Source: the human T2T-CHM13v2.0 reference genome, Homo sapiens. Taken from it: a DNA stretch of 64,000 nt. The stretch is from NCBI RefSeq assembly GCF_009914755.1, contig NC_060947.1. One strand, given 5' to 3'. The notes beneath the pieces were generated by a model. The model saw only the letters and a list, made by a program, of their open reading frames with translations, was not told where the DNA came from and made no database searches. This document shows positions 17,712-33,071 of the stretch, piece after piece. A program made the translations under genes and the position numbers. Positions within the stretch are counted from its first letter, which is position 1. The number at the start of each line of letters is the position of its first letter.

Positions 17712-20700
17712 TAAACTGAGTCTATTGTAGACAGCATACAGATGAATCATTTCTCTTTTTTGAGAGAGAGTATTTTTTATTTTATAAATTGATATACAGT
17801 AATTGAACATGTTTATGAGGTACATATGATATTTTGATAAAGGCACATAATGTGTAATGATCAATCAGAGTATTTACAATATTCATCACCTGAAACATTC
17901 ATCATTTCTCTATGTTGGGAATATTCAAATCTCTTCTTCTAGGTATTTAGAAATATACAATAAATTATTGTCAACTATAGTCACCCTATTGTGCCACTGA
18001 TCACCAGAAATTACTCCTTCTATTCAACTGTGTGTTTGTACCTATTAACCAACCCCCCTCATCCCTCCTCTGCTTCCTTGCCTCTGGTAACATTCTACCT
18101 TTTACCTCCATGAGATCAACTTTTCTAGCTCCTGTATATGAATGAAAACATGTCATTGAATCATTTTTCTTAATCCACATTGCCAATCTGTGTCTTTTAA
18201 TTGGTGAGTTTAACTCATTTACATTTAAAGTGATTATTGATATGGAAGGACTCATTTCTGTCATTTTGCTATTTGTTTTCTATATTGCTTATATAACTTC
18301 TGTTCTGCAATTTCTCCAATTCTGCCTTCTTTTCTGTATTTTTCCTATTATACCCTTTGATGCCCTCATCATTTCCTTTTGTATATTATTTTAGTTATTT
18401 TTTAATTGGTTACTTTGAGAATTGCAATTAAATAGTCAGTGGAGCATACAGATCTGGGGAAAGTCAGGGGTGGAGAAATAAATTTGAGAATAATTGGTGT
18501 ATACATGGTATTTATATCTGTGGGGCTAGATGAGGTATTTTAAAAAAGAATATAGCCAGAGAAGAGCAGAAAATGCAGTAGCAACCCCTGAGATCTTTAA
18601 ATAACCTTCCCTTTGATGGATAATTTTGAATTTTCCCCTCAAGTCTTGTGAATAGGCAACATAACTTGTCACTTGTGTATCTTCACTGGTCCTCACTGGT
18701 TCTCTCAAGCACTGAGAACTGCTTTTCTGTGTTAGCTGAGTATTAGAATGGGATGAGTCCTATTTTTTCATTTCCGAAGATTTCTTTCAATTTCTTCATT
18801 TTCTTGAAAAGTCTTTATTTGCCTATTAATTTCAAGATCATTTTCTTTCCAGCCTCTCACTGATCTCCTTAATTTTTTCCTTGAATATCATTTGTCTAGA
18901 AAAAGTGACAAATCCTCTGTTTGCATTTTGTGATTCTTTAGATGGGTCTGATGAGGACAAAGATTTGTGCTAATGAAGTCAAGGATGTGCATGTAAACCA
19001 CAACACATCTTATTCTTTAGCCACAGCTTGCACTACTGATTTGACCAGCTTCCTCTCAAACGCGTATCTTTAATCACAATGGTTGAGGGAAAGTGGAGAT
19101 GATTGTTATGGAGAAACAACTCTGCATTTACATTTTGTTGAAGCAAGGCCAGGATTGTTACCTTTATATCTGAATGATGCTACATTCTGACCCTTAAAAC
19201 ATAGTCTCTGTTTGTAGGAGGAAATTGGGTTATGGATAACCATGCCATGCATACACTGAAAGTTTTAAAATATATATAATAATAAAAGCTAATTGAACAT
19301 AGCTGCCACTTGCTTTTTGCCTGATGTCTAATTCCTGCTATTTACTGTATGCAGTCTGTTTTATCCTTGCCTCTCCCAGCTGATTGTCACCTGAAAAACA
19401 GATCTCTCACTGTTTGACTTTTATATCTGAGAATCAGAGAATTGGCAAGTTGATATTCTGAAATCCCCATTAGAAAAAGCAGAATGGGGAAGGTGGGAGG
19501 CAGTGCTTGAGAGTGGAGCAGAAGCATTTCCCAACATAGTTGCAATATCATGTGAGCAATGTGGATAACATGACTCCTAAATTTTGAATGGGGCCTTTGG
19601 AGAAAACTTAGTCTTCCTTGTACTATTCCCTTCATCCTGCCTTCTGTCTCTGCCAAATTTATAGAAGCTGGAAAACATATTTTCCAAACTAATTGAGTTT
19701 CTAATCACCTCACCAGGGCAACCCCATCATTGCCTAGACATACGCTGCATGTAGTCCTTTTGAGAACCCACGTGTTTGTTAAAGAAGTCCACATGAGTTT
19801 TCTGTGGGGTTTTAATAGCCTTCACAGAGAAGGAGTTCATATGTTATTATTAGGGTTAGGAGGGGCTCAGGGTTGACCCAGAATCCTTGTTTACTTGAGA
19901 AAGAATGGTAAATGACAATACTCATATCAGAGCTTCTTAGTCTGGGTTTTGTTGATGATCTGTGGGGAGTCTGTGAACCTTCATAAATTGAATGCAAAAT
20001 ATGATGTGTATGTGTATTTTTCTCCCCAGGAGACAGCATTCATAGCATTCATCAGGTTTTCAGAAAATTGCATAGCCTCCTTTGTACCTCTGTGAGCCCT
20101 TGCCTTTCTTGATTTGTTAGGTAAATCCAAATATTGCTGTATTTACTTTTTAAATTTCATGAAAATACTGTGAAAATAAATAGATTAAAATGAGATTTTA
20201 AGAAAAAGAGACATCCTCAATTAGCATTAAAACTCATAACCTGCTTGCTACTCTATCATACTGGTAACTGATGACCAACCTCAACTGTTAAGATAACTGC
20301 CAGCCCATGAAATCAACCATATTAAATGGCACACCGTGTCAATTGCAAAAGGGTGCCGCCCTGAGCTAGCTGGTGGCTGGAGACACTCTCACTGCTATTG
20401 AGTGATTGGTGTGGCAATGGCTCCAGACCAAATTATGAGGGAGAAATGAAAGAATGAATGTTGCAGTGGTTTACTACCAGGTACTGTGCTACATATTTTT
20501 ATAAACTAAACTCAACTTTTGTAATCATCTTTTGAGGTAAATATTGATATCCTAATTCTATAGGCCTATAATAGTGAAATGATTTGCTCAAGGTCTTAGT
20601 CAAGTGTCAGAGCTGAAACAGAATCCTCATATTTCTGCCATTGCCTGAAGTCTTATAGGAGCCTGGCATCCAGGTATGGAAAGGGCATCCCAAGGGGTGT

Positions 20701-21413
20701 TTGAGCCAGACTCTGAAGTTTGAGCCTGAGAAGTAATTCACTTCCCACACCTTTAAAAGAAGTGGGTGGTCTGTGCTCTAGGGTGACTCAGTGGCTCCAG
20801 CAAGTGCAAGTCCTGTTGCTGGGGAGGCCACTGTTGTGTCCCCTTAAGTAGCTCTAAGTCTTGATTCTGTTTGTATGTCCTCTAAATAACACTGACATTA
20901 GCCTACATGGAAACTACCTCCTCAGGATTCTGAAGTGCTATACAAAGAGCTAAGAGAGAGCATTGTCTAAAGTCATATGACAGGACTGGAATTTGTCTGG
21001 TGAGCAAAGTTTCACAATCATAACACCCTTTACTCCCACAGCAAACAGAATGTTTTCTTTGTGAAGGAAGCAAGCAAATATTCCATTTTCAGAATAATGA
21101 TGCTCTTTAAAGGGACAGTGCCGGAAGTTTAGCTCTTGATTTCCTTCTGTGCATTTCATGCTATCAGAGGAGAAAATGCAGGCTTCCAGATGCATATTCT
21201 TGAAAGCACTGAAAGGAAAATTTGTGTTTCTATTAGTTGAGCAGATTCATGTGGGCTTTATTAACAATCTAATAAGATGACTTTTCAAAGTGTGGTCCAC
21301 AGCACCCCTGACATTAGAATCACCTTAGTGCTTATATAAAAGGTAGATTCATGGACTCCACCCTAGACCTACTAACTCAGAATCTCTTGTACTGGGGGGA
21401 TGGGGCTCAGGAA

Positions 21414-21499
21414 TACGTGTTTTTAGCTACTCCTCTGGAGATTTTTATGTACACTATATGTGTTTTTAGCTACTCCTCTGGAGATTTTTATGTACACTA
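21414..21499. repeat. 43-bp tandem duplication inside a MER5A-like element (~21280-21516)
   Basis: 21414-21456 equals 21457-21499 except one C/T difference. Confidence 0.95.
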
Positions 21500-22609
21500 A
21501 AGTCAGAAAATCACTGCATTGGAAGTTCAAACCCCATGATAAACTGAGTTAATTTTGCTATAATGACATTTGGCTAAAATGAATCTACTACTTACATTCT
21601 TGGAGAGAAAATCAAGTTAAATACAGCTTTTCTGAAGTGAATTTGCACAAAAAAAGAGTAGAAAAAATGTGGATAGGAGCTTTACTCTCTTCAAGAGCCT
21701 GAGACACTCCAGAGGTCATAACTAGTATCATATCTTAAAACAAAAAGAGGCACACTTGAAAAGACTGATATCTGCAACTATATTGGCCTAACTGGGTTGA
21801 GGCAGGCACAGATCCAGCTGCAGAGTTTAGGAGGAAGTTCACAGTACATCACGCAGTGCAGGTTAGCCCTAAACATGCAAACAGACGGTATGTCAGAGTC
21901 TAGGCCAGTAGTTTACTGTGTGTGAGTGTACATGCATGTGCGTTTCTATGTCTGTGAGATGGATTGAGGCAATTGCAATGACAAATTAGTAGTAAAGAAT
22001 ACAGTAAAGTCTCTCTTATATGATCAGGACTAGAGTTAACTAATCAAAAAATCAATTACATCAGGGAATTGTAAATACATATATTTAAATATCTAATTTT
22101 AACTTAAAACATTCATTTGAAAGTTTTATATACTATTTATTCTCTATCAAATACAATGCCCCCAAATATCCTGATATTAGCCATACTTCTTGTCTTCTGT
22201 CTGAAGTTGTGACTCTTCAACTGCCCCAATGGTACTGAACCCCACCGCTAGAATGACTCATATGATCGAGTATGAAAGAACAGTTTTGTTTGCAGTCCGG
22301 AGCCAAGCTTCTGTGGGGAGTTCTAGATGATAATTCTAACTAGGACAAGTGTGGGCCCTCTGTTCCCCAGAGAGGAAACAGTGTATCCATGGAGAAAGCT
22401 AATGACAAATTCCTTACCTTTTTTTGGAATACAAAGGGATAAATTTCTTTCTAATTTATCTATGATGATACACGTATATAAAAGAACAGGCAAACAAGTA
22501 AGCAAGTGAGCAGGCAGTGTTTCCAAATTAAGGGGCTTTAATCAGGAAACCACCACATGTTAGTCATTTCACTTAATGAAACTCAGTAACCTTCAACTAC
22601 CTTTTTATT

Positions 22610-25600
22610 TATTTAACAATTTTTATATTTAATTTTTGTGGGTGAGCAGTAGGTGTGTATATTTATAAGGTACACAAGATATTTTGATGCAGGCATAGAG
22701 TGTGTAATATTCACATCAGGGTAAATGGGGTATCCATCACCTCAAGCATTTATCCTTTCTTTGTGTTACAAGCAATCCAATTACACTCTTAGTAATTTTA
22801 AAATGTACAATTAAGTTATTATTGACTATAGTCACCCTGTTGTGCTATCAAATAGTATGTCATTCATTCTTTCTATTTTTTTGGTACTCATTAACTACTC
22901 TTACCTCCACCCCAGCCTCCTATTACCCTTCCCAGCCTCTGGTAACCATTGTTCTACTCTCTATCTCCATGAGTTCAATTGTTTTCATTTTTAGCTTCCA
23001 CAAACAGGTGAGAACATGTGAAGTCTGTCTTTCTCTGCATGGCTCATGTCACTTAACAAAATAGTCTCCAGTTCCATCCATGCTATTGTGAGGGAGGAGA
23101 AAGGAAAACAAACAAACAAACAACAACAACAACAACAAAAAACAGACAGTTAAGGCAGGTCCTTGGTAGAATTCTTTTAAACAGAGAAACAGCTTGAAAA
23201 ATAAAGCTGCAGCTGCACAGATAAGAGAGCAAGTCCCAACATAGAAACGCCTTTGTTCTTTGTGTAATCAGCGGGCACCCAGGAAAAAGTTTCCTCCCCT
23301 TCTACGGACATGTACATGGTGGGTTCCGCACAAATTTGCACGGGTAGCGGGAGGCTTGCCTGAGAAATGCCTGTGACCGCATAGGTAAGGGCAGTCACAC
23401 AGGCAGCTACACAGACAGGGGAACTTTCTAATAAAAGCTTTTGTGTTCAACTGTAAAACAGCAACCCTCTTGGACCCCCTCTCTGCTGTGGAGAGCTTTC
23501 CTCTTTTGCTTATTAAACTTTCACTCCAACCTCACTGTTGGTGTATATGCTCCTTGTTTTTCTTGGTCATGACACAAAGAACTCTGGATAACACCTCAGA
23601 CAGTGAGGCTGCTTCAATTGCAAATGACAAGATCTCATTCTTTTTATGGATGAGTAGTACATATATACTCTATATTTGTAGTATATATACACGTGTGTGT
23701 GTGTGTATCTATATACATATCACATTTTCTTTATCCATTCATCTGTTGATGGGCACTTAGGTTGCTTCCAAATCTTGGCAATTGTGAATAGTGCTGTGAT
23801 AGACATGGAAGTGCAGATATCACTTAGATGTACTGACTTCATTTCTTTTGGGTACATACTTAGCAGTGGGATTACTGGATTATATGGTAGATCTATTTTT
23901 AGTTTTTGAAGAAACTGTTCTCCACAGTGGTTGTACTAATTTACATTCTCACCAAGAATGTAGGAGGGTTCCCTTTTCTCCAGATTCTCACCAGAATTTG
24001 TTATTGCCTGTCTTTTGGATAAAAGCCATTTTAACTGGGATGAGATGATATCTCATCATAGTTTTGATTTGCATTTCTCTGATGATCAATGATGTCGAGC
24101 ACCTTTTCATATGCCTGTTTGCCATTTGTATGTCTTCTTTTGAGAAATGTCTATTCAAATCTTTTGCCCATTTGAAAATTAGATTTTTAGATTTTTTTTC
24201 TGTAGAGTTGTTTGAGCTTCTTATATATTCTGATTATTCATCCCTTGTCACCTGGATAGCTTGCAAATATTTGTGATCCCATTTATCTATTTTTGCTTTG
24301 GTTGCCTGTGCTTTTGGGGTACTACTCTACTCAACAAATCTTTGCCCAGTCTAATGTTCTGAACCTTTCTGCCATGTTTTCTTTTATTAGTTTTGTAAAT
24401 TAAGGTCTTAGATTTATGTTTTTAATCCATTTTGATTTATTTTTGTATATGGCAAGAAACAAAGGTCTAGTTTCATCCTTCTGCATATGGATACCCAGTT
24501 TTCCCAGCACCATTTATTGAAGGGACTGTCTTCTCCCCAATGTATGTTCTTGGCACCTTTGTTGAAAATGAGTTCAGTGTAGGTGTATGGATTTGTTTCT
24601 AGGTTCTCTATTCTGTTCCATTGGTCTATGTGTCTATTTTTGTGCCACTACCATGCTGTTTTTGTTACTATAGCTCTGTTTAATGCCTCTTGAGTTCAAG
24701 TGACTCTCCTGCCTCAGCCTCCAGATTAGCTGGGATTACAGGCATGCGCCACAATGCCGGGCTAATTTTTTTTTTCTTCTTTTTAGTAGAGACGGGGTTT
24801 CTCCATGTTGGTCAGGCTGGTCCCGACCTCAGGTGATCTGCCCACTTCAGCCTCCCAAATGCTGAGATTAAGGCGTGAGCCCCTGCGTCTGGCCCTAATT
24901 ATTAAATATCTTTAGGTAGTCTTCTTTGGGCTGAATCTGCTTGGTGTTCCATAACATTCTTGTACTTGAATATTGATGTCTTACTCTAGGTTTGGGAACT
25001 TCACTGTTATTATCCCTTTGAATAAACTTTCTACCCCTATCTTTCTCTCTACCTCCTCTTTATGTCCAATAACTCTTAGAGTTGCTGTTTTCAATCTATT
25101 TTCTGGATCTTGCAGGTGTGCTTCATTCTTTTTTTTTTGTCTCCTCTGAATGTATTTTCAAATAGCTTGTCTTCAAGCCCACTAATTCTTTCTTCTTCTT
25201 GATGAGTTCTGTTTTTGTGACTCTGATGCATTCTTCAGTATGTCAGTTGCATTTCTCAACTCGAGAATTTGTTTGATTCTTTTAAATTTTTTCAGTCTGT
25301 TTGTTAAATTTAACTGATAGGTTCCTCAATTACTACTCTGTATTATCTTGAATTTCTTTGAGTTTCCTCAAAACGGCTATTTCAAATTATCTGTCTGAAA
25401 TGTTATGTATCTCTGTCTCTCCATGATTGGTCTCTGGTGACTTATTTTGTTCATTTTGTAAGGTCATGTTTTCCTGGATGGTCTTGATGCATGTGGATGT
25501 TTGTTAGTGTTTGGGCACTGAAGATTTACCTATTGATTTTAATCTTCATGACAAGTCTAGGCTTGTTTGTACCTATCCTTCTTAGGAAGACTTTCCAGGT

Positions 25601-27010
25601 ACTGAAATGGACTTTGGTGGTTGTAATATACATTTCTGGTCTCTGCAGCTGGAACTGTATTGGGAGCTATCTCAAGCTCAGCAATGCTGTGGCTCTTGTA
25701 GACTCACAGGTGTACCCACCTTTGTGGTCTTGGATAAGATTTGGAAGAATTCTCTGGGTTACCAGCCAGAGACTCTTGTTCTCTTCCCTTATTTCTCCCA
25801 GATTTTCTCTCTCTGTGCTGCACTGCCTGGAGCTGTGGATGGGGTGACACAAGCACCCCTGTGGCCACCACCACTGGGACTATGGACCTGAAGCCAGCAC
25901 AGTACTGGGTCTTGTGCAAGACCCACAGTCTGTACTGCCTGGCTACTCCCTATATTTGCTGAAGGATCTAGGGCTCTACAGTAGGCAAGTGGCCAAGCCA
26001 GTCAAGCCTGTCTCTTTCCCTTTAAGGTGGCAAGTTCCCCCAGGTCTGGGTGGATCCAGAAATGCTGTCCAGGAGCCAGGGCCTGGAGTCAGAAGCCTTA
26101 GGAATCTACCTGGTTCTCTATTCTACTGCTGCTGCACTGGCACCCAAGCTACAAGACAAGTTTCTTCCCACTCTTATCTTCCCTTTTCACAAGCAGACAA
26201 CTCTTTCCCATGGCTACCATTGCCCCAGGCTTGTGGTGAGTACTGCCTAGCTCCTGGCAATGCTCATTCAAGGAGCAAGGGCTCTTCAGTCAGCTTATGG
26301 TGAATGCTTCTAGGCCTTGGACTCTCTCATCAGGGCAGTGATCTCCCCTCTGGCCTAGGGAAGGTCCAGAAATGCCATCTAAGAGTCAAGGCCTGGAATC
26401 AGGGACCCCAAGATTCCACTTGGTTCTGTATCCCACTGCAGCTGAGCTGGTACCTAAGCTGCAACACAAAGTCCCCTTTACTCTTCCCTCTCCTTTACTC
26501 AAGCAGGAGTCTCTGCCCATACCCACCATAGCTGGGAATATGCTGGGTCACACCTGAAGCCAGCGTGTCTCAGAGTCTCACCCACGGCCCACGGCCTGGG
26601 TATTGCTGCTGATTATTCAGCGCCCAAGGGCTCTTTAGTCAGCAAGTAATGAATGTTGCCAGGACTGGGTTCTTCCCTTCAGGGCAATGGGTTCCCTTCA
26701 GGCCCAGGGTGTGTCTAGAAATGTTGCCCAGGTGCTAGGGCCTGAAATGGGGGCCTCAGGACTCTGCCTGGTGCCCTGTCCTACTGTAGCTGAGCTGATA
26801 TCCAAGTTGCAAGATGAAGTCCTCTTTGCTCTTCCCTCTCCTCTCCTCAAGCAGAAAGAGGGAGTCTTTACCAGAGCTGTGAGCTGTGCTTCCTGGTTTT
26901 GGGGGAGGCGTGGTGCAAGCACTCCCTTGGGTGCCCTGGCTGGTGTCTCACTATGTCACGTGCCCCCAAATCCACTGGCTCTGAGCCCAGCACAGCACTA
27001 GGACTTGCCC
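22610..27010 (-). mobile_element. L1MA-type element: 3' end/ORF2 C-terminus (22610-24680) and ORF1/5'UTR (24896-27010), with the middle missing
   Basis: T-rich tail and L1MA 3'UTR at left, reverse ORF2 C-terminal sequence, and an internally repetitive 5'UTR at 25900-27000. A tail-less AluS fragment sits at the junction (24684-24895). Confidence 0.75.
23089..23616 (+). mobile_element. ERV1 solo LTR (MER83/MER84-like) inserted in L1
   Basis: TG...CA termini; 4-bp TSD ATTG at 23085-23088 and 23617-23620. Family name tentative. Confidence 0.8.
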
Positions 27011-27019
27011 AATAATAGA

Positions 27020-28595
<1,576 letters not shown>

Positions 28596-29290
28596 AAGCA
28601 ATGCTGATTTGAATTATTTATGGGTAAATGGGGCTTATCTCTTCTTAAGCATACAGTTCAACTGGTGGGAACTGAAGTGTGAATACATCCTAGAGCATAT
28701 CGATGTGCTTTTAGCATGCTGAGGGTATCAGTATGTTTTCCAGATGAAACTAAGGGTTTCACTTAACCTCATTAGTGTCACTAAAGTAGAGTTTGATTAA
28801 ATTAGCTAGAAAATCTAGGCAGCTATTGAGCAGCCTGCAACAAGTGAATTCAGCAGATCACTGTGTTTCAGGATTTTAGCCCCTGGGCTAGAGGTCTAGG
28901 GAAAAACTTTTGTCCTGAGGTACATGGCTGGTGGTGGGGGAAAATGACTAAACCAAATCTCTTGCCAATCCAGTAAAATATCTTCACAGAATGTAGAACA
29001 GAATGAAATATAATGAATAAGCATTAAACCAGACCATGATGCACATCACAGGCAATACCCTAAAGAGATTACAAAGACAAAAAAGAACTCTTGCCCTTTT
29101 GTTTTATGTATATGTTAATCTATTGTATACATGTTAATTGTATTTATCCAAAGGAAAAATACAATCTCTCATATATTTTTGATAAGCAGGAGGTTATATC
29201 TTGGAGCTAAATTTCCACAGGGAAAGAGAGCACCACCTGTTTTAGTGTTCACTTTTAAAAGAAGTGGCTCCTTGGCCATTAAGAATGACA

Positions 29291-30139
29291 ACCCCATCAA
29301 AAAGTGGGCAAAGGAGATGAACAGACACTTCTCAAAAGAAGACATTTATACAGCCAAAAAACACATGAAAAAATGCTCATCATCACTGGCCATCAGAGAA
29401 ATGCAAATCAAAACCACAATGAGATACCATCTCACACCAGTTAGAATGGCAATCATTAAAAAGTCAGGAAACAGCAGATGCTGGAGAGGATGTGGAGAAA
29501 TAGGAACACTTTTACACTGTTGGTGGGACTGTAAACTAGTTCAACCATTGTGGAAGTCAGTGTGGAGATTCCTCAGGGATCTAGAACTAGAAATACCATT
29601 TGACCCAGCCATCCCATTACTGGGTATATACCCAAAGGACTATAAATCATGCTGCTATAAAGACACATGCACACGTATGTTTATTGCGGCACTATTCACA
29701 ATAGCAAAGACTTGGAACCAACCCAAATGTCCAACAACGATAGACTGGATTAAGAAAATGTGGCACATATACACCATGGAATACTATGCAGCCATAAAAA
29801 ATGATGAGTTCATGTCCTTTGTAGGGACATGGATGAAATTGGAAATCATCATTCTCAGTAAACTATCGCAAGAACAAAAACCCAAACACCGCATATTCTC
29901 ACTCATAGGTGGGAATTGAACAATGAGATCACATGGACACAGGAAGGGGAACATCACACTCTGGGGACTGTTGTGGGGTGGGGGGAGGGGGGAGGGATAG
30001 CATTGGGAAATATACCTAATGCTAGATGACGAGTTAGTGGGTGCAGCGCACCAGCGTGGCACATGTATACATATGTAACTAACCTGCACAATGTGCACAT
30101 GTACCCTAAAACTTAAAGTATAATAATAAAAGAAAAAAA
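29291..30139 (+). mobile_element. Young 5'-truncated L1PA2/L1PA3 inserted in the proviral 3'LTR
   Basis: Intact ORF2 C-terminus ([18 protein letters not shown]...[10 protein letters not shown]). GAG (non-Ta) at 30031-30033. TSD AAGAATGACA at 29281-29290 and 30140-30149. Confidence 0.95.
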
Positions 30140-30667
30140 AAGAATGACATTCCTAGGATGCAAAACTGGCAAGAAGTTTATTTATAATTCCATTTTCTGA
30201 AGGAAATGCTGAAAGAAAAGGGAGGGGGAATAGTTCTTTCCTTTTTGCACTGAGGAAAATTTTAAATTAAAATTCATTTTTAGATTTGTATTTACCCTTA
30301 CAATTTTCCTTGTTACTATTTTCTACTAAAACTACAGTTTTCCAATTGTTTACTCTGACATTTTAACCTTTCTCTGGGCAGTTTGCAGCAGTCTTTAGAT
30401 ATTTATATCCAGCAAGTCCATGGTAAAATACAAAATAAAGCAATTATCAGAATTATAATGGGATGAATCAAAAATTAGTACAATATTTTTCTTGGGGGAA
30501 TCTTTAAATATACCAGTTGTGAATGGTTAAAGCAGATATTTGATTAGCCATACACAAAAATTATCCTCATGATACATTAATTTTATAAACTGTTGTCATG
30601 TCTTTGTTTCTGCTTTCAAATGATTAACTACTTGAGTATTATTTTGTAGTTTTAGAAAATGAAATCT

Positions 30668-30984
<317 letters not shown>

Positions 30985-32918
30985 CTATCCTAGCCGAGTT
31001 AATAGCTTAACTCTGGAGCCTGATAATATATGTTTTTTAACTGAGTTTTTCTTGTAAGGCCCAATGAATTTCCTCTGAGTTCTCAGCAGTCACAGGAGTA
31101 ATATTGCATTTATAGGATAAACTAGGCCTTTTGGTAATTATCCCATCTTCCCAAATAATTTCTCCCAGATGCAAAATGCAAAGACACTCGTGGCCATTAT
31201 ATAGTATCAAAGTCTTATTATGAAGTACCCGTTGAAGGGCACAGATTGAATTTCCAGTGTTTAGTGTACATGGCTCTAATAGTTTTAAGTCTGGAGGACA
31301 AAGCCAACTTTTGGGCCATTTCTTACCTCGGTCCAAACCAGTAGTTATATTATTATAACAGTTAACTAAATAACCATAGATAACAGGCATATCCACCTTT
31401 GTTTATCTATCCATAGTAGGACTGGAGAAAACTTCTATTCTCAAGTTAATCGATTGACATTAGAGCTGTCTTCTGAGGTCTCTATCCATAAATGCCAGAC
31501 ACTTAATTAGATGCATTTCTTTTCTATACTATACTTCCAATCAAACCAGTTAACAAATTTTTTTGTGTGAAATTTAGGGCTTTGGTTTCTGGATGCATAG
31601 TAGTTACTTTTACTTTGATATTAAAACATAGTAATGAACATGGTCTTGTGTTTATTTGGCCAATAATCAGACTGTTGGATTCATAAATGCAGGCCCAGCA
31701 TTTCTGTACTGGGAATACAATTCAGAGGAGAGAGGAAATGTGACTGTAGGAACCATTATTGGGAGTACAGAAAGAAAAAGTGGTGTAACAAATAACATGT
31801 TTATTTTCTAATAAAATGTGATTCTTATAGTAATTGAACAAAACACTATTGCAACTAGGACAGCAAGGTAGTCAGAATAATACATTCCTTAGAATACCTC
31901 CTTTCAGTTGAGTTCATTACCAATATTAGTCACTCTAGGAAATTAAACTTCAAATCCTTTGTGGAAACTGCAGTCTAGTCCTCCTGAGGAGCTGGCTTCA
32001 CATGGAAAGCATGAAACCATCTGGTTTTTCTTTCACTCTGATACCCATATGAGTGATCGTGGCACTTGAAAGGGTCCCATCCAGCCTGGTGACAATGCAT
32101 GTTTCCTCCAGAACACTCATATTTAAACAAAATTGCCCAGTTTAATAGGGGTGATATTTCTTCCAGTAGTTCCTTCTAGGTCCTTTTCACTTTATGTCTC
32201 AGGATGTCTAGAAAAGAGAGAAGCCCTTTTAGCTATTGAACATGATTATGAAAGAATTGTTAAAGCAAGCAGAGTAAGTGGTTTCAGACCTAAATTCACA
32301 GGCTTGCCGAACATAAGTTCAAAGAGAGAGATAACATTATTAATTGCAAGAGTCACTCTAATTTTTAACAAAGCCAATTTTAACAAAGCCATTGGTAAAT
32401 ATCCAGGCCATTTTAACATAGTCGATTGTTGAATCATAGCCAGTGAGTTTGTTACTGTTTGAATCATCTATTCTACTTGGAGTATGATGATAGCTTATAG
32501 TAATCTGCAAATATCTGCATAATTCCTGGACAACAGTGCACATAAAATTATTTCCTCTGTCTGACTGAATAAGCTCTGAGAGCCCAAAAGTGGGGTTATG
32601 TGCATTAAGAGGACCTTTACCACTACTTGAGCATAAGCGTTTGAAGAGGGAAAGACTTAGGCCATTCAGATGTCATATACACCATAACCAGACAAAATCT
32701 CTTCTTTAGGCATTAATTCTATGAAATTGAATTCCCTCTATAGACACTAATTCCATGAAATCTAAGTGCCATCAGTTTTCTGGTAAAGTTGATTGAGGAA
32801 ATTTTTCTGTGGTACTTGGAAGTGGCCTGTAAAGTATTCTGCTCACAAATAACAAGTCTTTTTAATATGTTTTGAATAATTTCGTCTTTCTGATTGATGT
32901 AGTAAGAGTCTAGTGTCT

Positions 32919-33071
32919 CTTCATGTATTTATTTAAGAGATAGAGTATTTCTCTGTTGCCCAGATAGGAGTGCAGTGGCATGATAATAGCTCACTGTAGG
33001 CTATGAACTCCTGGACTCAAGCTATCATCCAGAGTAGCTGGGATTTCAGGTGTGAGCCACCACACCTGGCT
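32919..33071 (-). mobile_element. Monomeric Alu (FRAM-like) within ERV pol
   Basis: ~150-bp right-arm-like monomer. Perfect 14-bp TSD AGAGTCTAGTGTCT at 32905-32918 and 33072-33085. Confidence 0.8.

Noticed and set aside
18500-22600. Repeat-poor stretch with AP-1 motifs (TGACTCA at ~20784 and ~22254) as an enhancer
   Set aside because: Short motifs are expected by chance; conservation or chromatin data needed.
25900-26900. Recurrent ~300-bp similar units suggesting an array
   Set aside because: Consistent with the internally repetitive 5'UTR of old L1MA elements; not CRISPR-like.
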